Shown here in pieces: positions 60,121-64,000 of a DNA stretch of 64,000 nucleotides (within the stretch, counting starts at the first letter, position 1; each line of letters begins with the position of its first letter). A program made the position numbers and the translations under genes. Under the pieces are notes generated by a model. That model was not told where the DNA came from. It saw only the letters and a program-made list of their open reading frames with translations, and ran no database searches. The stretch is from a virus, in UHGV virus genome UHGV-2031204. One strand, given 5' to 3'.

Positions 60121-60760
60121 ATGGTATGTTCGGAGGATTTGCGTGGGATGATTTACAAATCCAACCACGAAGATTTTTCGGAGTTCAGGAGTTTACTGCT
60201 CACAGCTCAAACACGATTTCTGTCTGCGAAGATTCAGCAGAGCTCGAAGCCCCCTGACCGGATGTTGGTTTGGGGGTTGTTTTTTCGAGTGCATGGAATT
60301 TATTTCGCCGTGTACTGGGAAAAACAAAACGTTCAGCCTAACACTGGAGTTTGTTTTACTATGGGGTTTGAAAATCGATTTGCCAATCGAACTTACCCCG
60401 AGGGATTTTTGGAATCCCCAGAGTTCAGGTGCTCGGTACCGTTTCCCCGACTTACGAGTGTTGGGGAGCCCGCGCTATCAGTGACGCGTGGACCACATGA
60501 GAAAATCCGAGGGAACCGTGGCAGCCTCTGGGAGCGACGTTGGCGAAAGGTCCGTAGAACTTACCTGCGGGCAGCCGACGGTGGGATACGCTCCCAGAGG
60601 TGCGGCCAGAATGCGAATTACGACGTTGCGTCGAATGACCCTGCTCCAGGTAGCGCTGGCAGTGTGATGTCCTCTAGCTTGACGGCTCGCAAAGACGAGA
60701 GGGGTGCGTACTCCCGTTGAGAAACGCCGGTACGCAGCTGAATTATTTTTTTTTACAGCG
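60121..60760 (+). ncRNA. candidate structured noncoding RNA (unclassified)
   Basis: GC-rich, no RBS; perfect 12-bp long-range helix 60525-60536/60589-60600; several local hairpins; terminator-like hairpin 60705-60736 plus T-run 60745-60754; the overlapping 199-codon ORF uses CGA/AGG/GGG codons, whereas sampled neighbouring genes read mostly CGT/CGC for Arg. Confidence 0.3.
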
Positions 60761-60802
60761 TTTCCTGTTGGTGTGACACAAACCACGGCAGGAGATTTTA
60801 AT

Positions 60803-61165
60803 ATGGATTCCAAAAACACCACTAACGTGGAATTGGATGTTCAGTACAGGCTCGATGAGTTGGCAGCTCTGTTAAAAGCCCCGGAGGACTGGGGATGCAC
60901 GGAGCCAGCGTTACTTGATTTGATCAAGAGCGTGCGGATTTACCAACCCGTCGAGATTTACATCACGGTAGTTGTGGAAGTTCACGATGGTTATTGCGTG
61001 GAACACATCCCTAGCCCTATTGCGCATTATCCGAGCTATCGAGAGTGTCTCCTGGTAGCCGTTCGTGAAGGCTTGGCTCGTGCGATTCGTGAACATGTTA
61101 CGCGATGCACGAACCCGATGGCAGCTGTTGATCAGGTGGACAGCAATGAGTTAGGAATTCTGTGA
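60803..61165 (+). CDS. hypothetical protein, coupled to HslV-like gene
   Basis: GGCAGGAG RBS before ATG 60803; stop overlaps downstream start. Confidence 0.5.
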   Translation: MDSKNTTNVELDVQYRLDELAALLKAPEDWGCTEPALLDLIKSVRIYQPVEIYITVVVEVHDGYCVEHIPSPIAHYPSYRECLLVAVREGLARAIREHVTRCTNPMAAVDQVDSNELGIL

Positions 61166-61665
61166 TGACCACGATTGTTTTTGACGGAAAGACGTTAGCT
61201 TGCGACGGTCAAGTCACCGTGGAAGAGCGTAGTGCTGCCACGCAATACCGTAAGATCCACACGCCGCCCGAGGGTACGACGTGGAATCTTTTGGGTGAAG
61301 ACGTAAAAGCGTTTGGTTTGGCAGGCGATGTCGCCGCATTGCAATCTGTGCGTCAAGAACTCACGCTTGAACGTTTCGGTGGTATCGAACGGGGTGGGGT
61401 TCGTTTTGAAACGACGTATCCCGAACAGATTGATTTTATCGTACTTGCTGTTTTGACAGACGGGCGCGTTATCGACGCCTCGAAATGCAAAGACAACAAA
61501 TACGCCAGTTACGTGTTTGTAGAGCCACCGTATGCGATAGGCTCAGGTGCACACTATGCCCTGGGTGCGTTAGGCGCAGGCGTTGACGCCCCCACTGCGG
61601 TGGAAGTGGCGAAACGTTACGACCTGTACAGCGGTGGACAAACGCAATCACTTAAGCTGTTTTGA
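61165..61665 (+). CDS. HslV/proteasome-beta-like N-terminal-nucleophile peptidase
   Basis: [16 protein letters not shown] parallels HslV [30 protein letters not shown] parallels [23 protein letters not shown] parallels IAIGSGGPYAQAA. Confidence 0.6.
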   Translation: [166 protein letters not shown]

Positions 61666-61672
61666 TGTATTA

Positions 61673-61748
61673 GGGGGTGTAGCACAATTGGTAGTGCAGC
61701 GGTCTCCAAAACCGAAGGTTGGGAGTTCGAAACTTCCCGCCCCCGCCA
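61673..61748 (+). tRNA. tRNA-Trp (anticodon CCA)
   Basis: Manual cloverleaf: D-stem GCAC/GTGC with G18 G19, anticodon loop CTCCAAA (U33, CCA, A37), T-arm GGGAG-TTCGAAA-CTTCC, acceptor GGGGTG with 1:72 mismatch; 3' end uncertain by a few nt. Confidence 0.75.
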
Positions 61749-61812
61749 GATTTTAGCCACTAAGTTCATTCTCAACACAGAAAACGATATGTGTTATCTG
61801 TGGGAGAAAATT

Positions 61813-62049
61813 ATGAACTTGTATCTAGTAGAAAGAACCGACAGCGTTGGTTGGGATGAATGTTCCGCAATGATTGTTGCAGCCCCTACGGAAGAAGCTG
61901 CATGTGCAATTCTTCCTTGCGAGTCTGGCTGGACTGGTGAGTTGTTATTGGATGGAGATGTGGAAGAGGTTACCCTCAAAGCCACACTCCTCGGTACGAC
62001 ACACTACCCAGAGGGGGAGGTTCTTTACACTGATTACCTATACGGCTAA
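61813..62049 (+). CDS. hypothetical small protein
   Basis: 78-codon ORF starting at ATG 61813 (track ORF begins upstream at 61789). Confidence 0.35.
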   Translation: MNLYLVERTDSVGWDECSAMIVAAPTEEAACAILPCESGWTGELLLDGDVEEVTLKATLLGTTHYPEGEVLYTDYLYG

Positions 62050-62724
62050 AACAGTGGGCTTCGGCCCACTAACCTAATTAGAACAATCGAACAAGAGTCA
62101 CAAACTCGTCAGCCTTCAACTGAGGGTCGGTTGTTCTGATAACTTCTGCTCTTGCTCACGGGTAGAAAGCTCCTTAAAAACGTGTAAACACCTACCGATT
62201 AAGTTCGGACTTACGTTAGGGTCGTGAGACCCTGGTGGTTAGACCACCTAAACGGTTGTACGGTGGGAGGATAAAACCTCCCACCTGCACCCACCAAGAA
62301 TTTAATTATTGGGTATTTCCCCTAAGTGTAACGTGAATACCCTGTAATGTGAATTGAGAGTTACGTGTTAACTCGACGGTACTGGTCGATGATCACCTGT
62401 AAACCTTCATCGTCCCATGTCATGCTGTGTTTGACCAGTACCGAACTTTGTCGCTATGCCTGGTGACGTGGCTACACACCGAGGCTGGGGCTCGACACCC
62501 GTTAGCGACACCCTTTTTGCGTTATTGTCAGTATTCTGAAGCTGTGTTCAGTGACAGTAGCGTTTTTTATTCGCGTTGGCGTTTGTACCATTGCTGCCCT
62601 TGCTGTCATTGCTGCCACTGCCTGCTGCGCCTCAACAGACGTTCAACGCGTCCCATTAACCCACACGTCGGGGTATAGCGACGTACAACAGAACGAGTAG
62701 TAGTAACAGAACGAGGTAACAGAA
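62050..62724 (+). other. structured noncoding leader / intergenic region
   Basis: Hairpins 62053-62070, 62219-62232, 62234-62248, 62262-62285; 11-bp long-range IR 62377-62387/62433-62443; CATTGCTGCC direct repeats near 62589-62620. Confidence 0.4.
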
Positions 62725-63372
62725 ATGCTTACAGTAAAACGCATTATTAACGGTGACCGTGTCATCACTGTGCACGAACGTGTACGTTTAGGTGACAAAA
62801 TGTCCCGTGTTTACAAAGAAGCACTTAAAGTCGCCAATGGCGAAGATAATGAATTGTGTTTTGATAACGCGATTGATTTGCCGAGAAAACCGAAATCGGT
62901 GGGTTATACAGCTTTAACTGATATGTCCGTAGAGGAACAGAAAAGCACCTTAGCCAACCTGCATCCGTTTTTGCACAATGTGTCAGATTGGACCGTTGTC
63001 ATTGGTGGTCGACCTATTCCAGAGGATGTACCACGTGTGGTGATCGTTAACCCGCGTATGCCGTCCTTCGAAGAAAAGAATTCGCCAGTCGACGAAATTT
63101 ATATCCCTGGCAATAATTTCTATTGCCGGTTTTGTGGCTTTACACAGCGTGAAATGACGTATGTGATGCCACCTCAAGAAATCCAATTAGTCCGCGAGTT
63201 GATTAACGAAGATGGTGATACCTTCTATCAGAATCAGCTCCGTAGCGGTAAGCACTCAGTTGACGAGGCTATCGGCGTTTTACTCGTCGATGATGCTTAC
63301 GAATTTTTCTATCCAGGGGATGTGGTTTACATCATGAACAATGAAGGTAAAACCATTGATACCCTGCGATAA
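62725..63372 (+). CDS. hypothetical protein
   Basis: 215-aa ORF; terminator downstream. Confidence 0.5.
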   Translation: MLTVKRIINGDRVITVHERVRLGDKMSRVYKEALKVANGEDNELCFDNAIDLPRKPKSVGYTALTDMSVEEQKSTLANLHPFLHNVSDWTVVIGGRPIPEDVPRVVIVNPRMPSFEEKNSPVDEIYIPGNNFYCRFCGFTQREMTYVMPPQEIQLVRELINEDGDTFYQNQLRSGKHSVDEAIGVLLVDDAYEFFYPGDVVYIMNNEGKTIDTLR

Positions 63373-63477
63373 CCAGTTTAGCTCCGCCGAAAGCTAAAAG
63401 CCCACCCTTCGAGAACGCCCATTCTCATGCCCTGAAGGGTTTTAATCCTGTAGTTTCATTGCCGATGACAGGGAACG

Positions 63478-63515
63478 TACCTACCTCCGAAAGGGGGTAG
63501 GTATATTCTTTTTTA
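63478..63515 (+). terminator. rho-independent terminator
   Basis: TACCTACCTCC/GGGGGTAGGTA stem (one G-U), GAAA loop, T-run. Confidence 0.7.
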
Positions 63516-63597
63516 TCGCAAATTTTTAGAGATAGATGTTACCTGTATGAACGTTGGTACTAAGCGTTTTAATTCGACTTTTTAGGAGCAGGTAAAA

Positions 63598-64000
63598 TGA
63601 AAATAGATGCCATTGAAGGTTTGATGTGTTTGGGGTATACGTTTGATGAAGCGGCTGTTATTCGACCGTTTTTGTCACGCCGTTTCTCAGTGTGGCAAGC
63701 ACTACCCAAAGATGGACCGACTGGTAAGTTAGTAGAACGATTTGTTGAGCGGGTGCTGAATCGTAATCGGAATGAATTTAGTTTACGGTGGGCGGATGGG
63801 AAAGAACGCAAACACTTAAACCCAAGCCCGTGGTGTATGTTGGTGTTTCGTTGTGATGGCGAAGAATTTACGTTCCCAGCTATTGAATTTGTAAGGCGGT
63901 ACGGGTTAGCAATTTACACAGAGTTAGGAACAAACGGCGCAGGTCGAGTATTAGTTTACGACCGGGGCGAGTTACGGATTAAAACGAAACAGTTGGCGGA
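63598..64000 (+). CDS. hypothetical protein, 3' end outside window
   Basis: TTAGGAG RBS before ATG 63598; frame open to the window edge (manual translation MKIDAIEGLMCLGYTFDE...). Confidence 0.45.

Noticed and set aside
60121-60720. 199-codon ORF from the track (and overlapping minus-strand ORF 60478-60822) as a protein gene
   Set aside because: No Shine-Dalgarno sequence, atypical codons (CGA/AGG/GGG), open frames on both strands typical of GC-rich non-coding sequence; reported as a candidate structured RNA instead, though a real gene is not fully excluded.
62200-62290. Second tRNA or tRNA-like gene after tRNA-Trp
   Set aside because: The hairpins lack a 7-nt T-loop (TTCRANN) and D-arm geometry; no cloverleaf could be built.
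1-64000. CRISPR array, integrase, transposase or insertion sequence
   Set aside because: No spaced identical direct repeats of CRISPR type and no recombinase/transposase motifs seen in any frame examined.

Overview
This window reads as a densely coded virulent-phage segment, most consistent (by inference, no search run) with a large phiKZ-like jumbo myovirus of an enterobacterial host. Supported by direct motif reading: a plus-strand nucleotide-metabolism block (DEDDh 3'-5' exonuclease, RNase H fusion, UvsX/RecA-like protein, thymidylate synthase homologue, MazG-like domain); a minus-strand virion block ending in a 2388-aa protein with a lytic-transglycosylase domain; divergently transcribed RNA polymerase beta-prime (N-terminal module) and beta homologues; a tube/sheath-like pair, a large terminase, and tRNA-Trp. 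Most other ORFs have no recognisable function. The most unusual content is at 59.1-62.7 kb: an HslV-like peptidase operon beside the tRNA, flanked by two low-coding stretches (about 1.65 kb and 0.68 kb) packed with repeats and hairpins that look like an origin/regulatory hub and structured RNA. No CRISPR array, integrase or transposase was seen.
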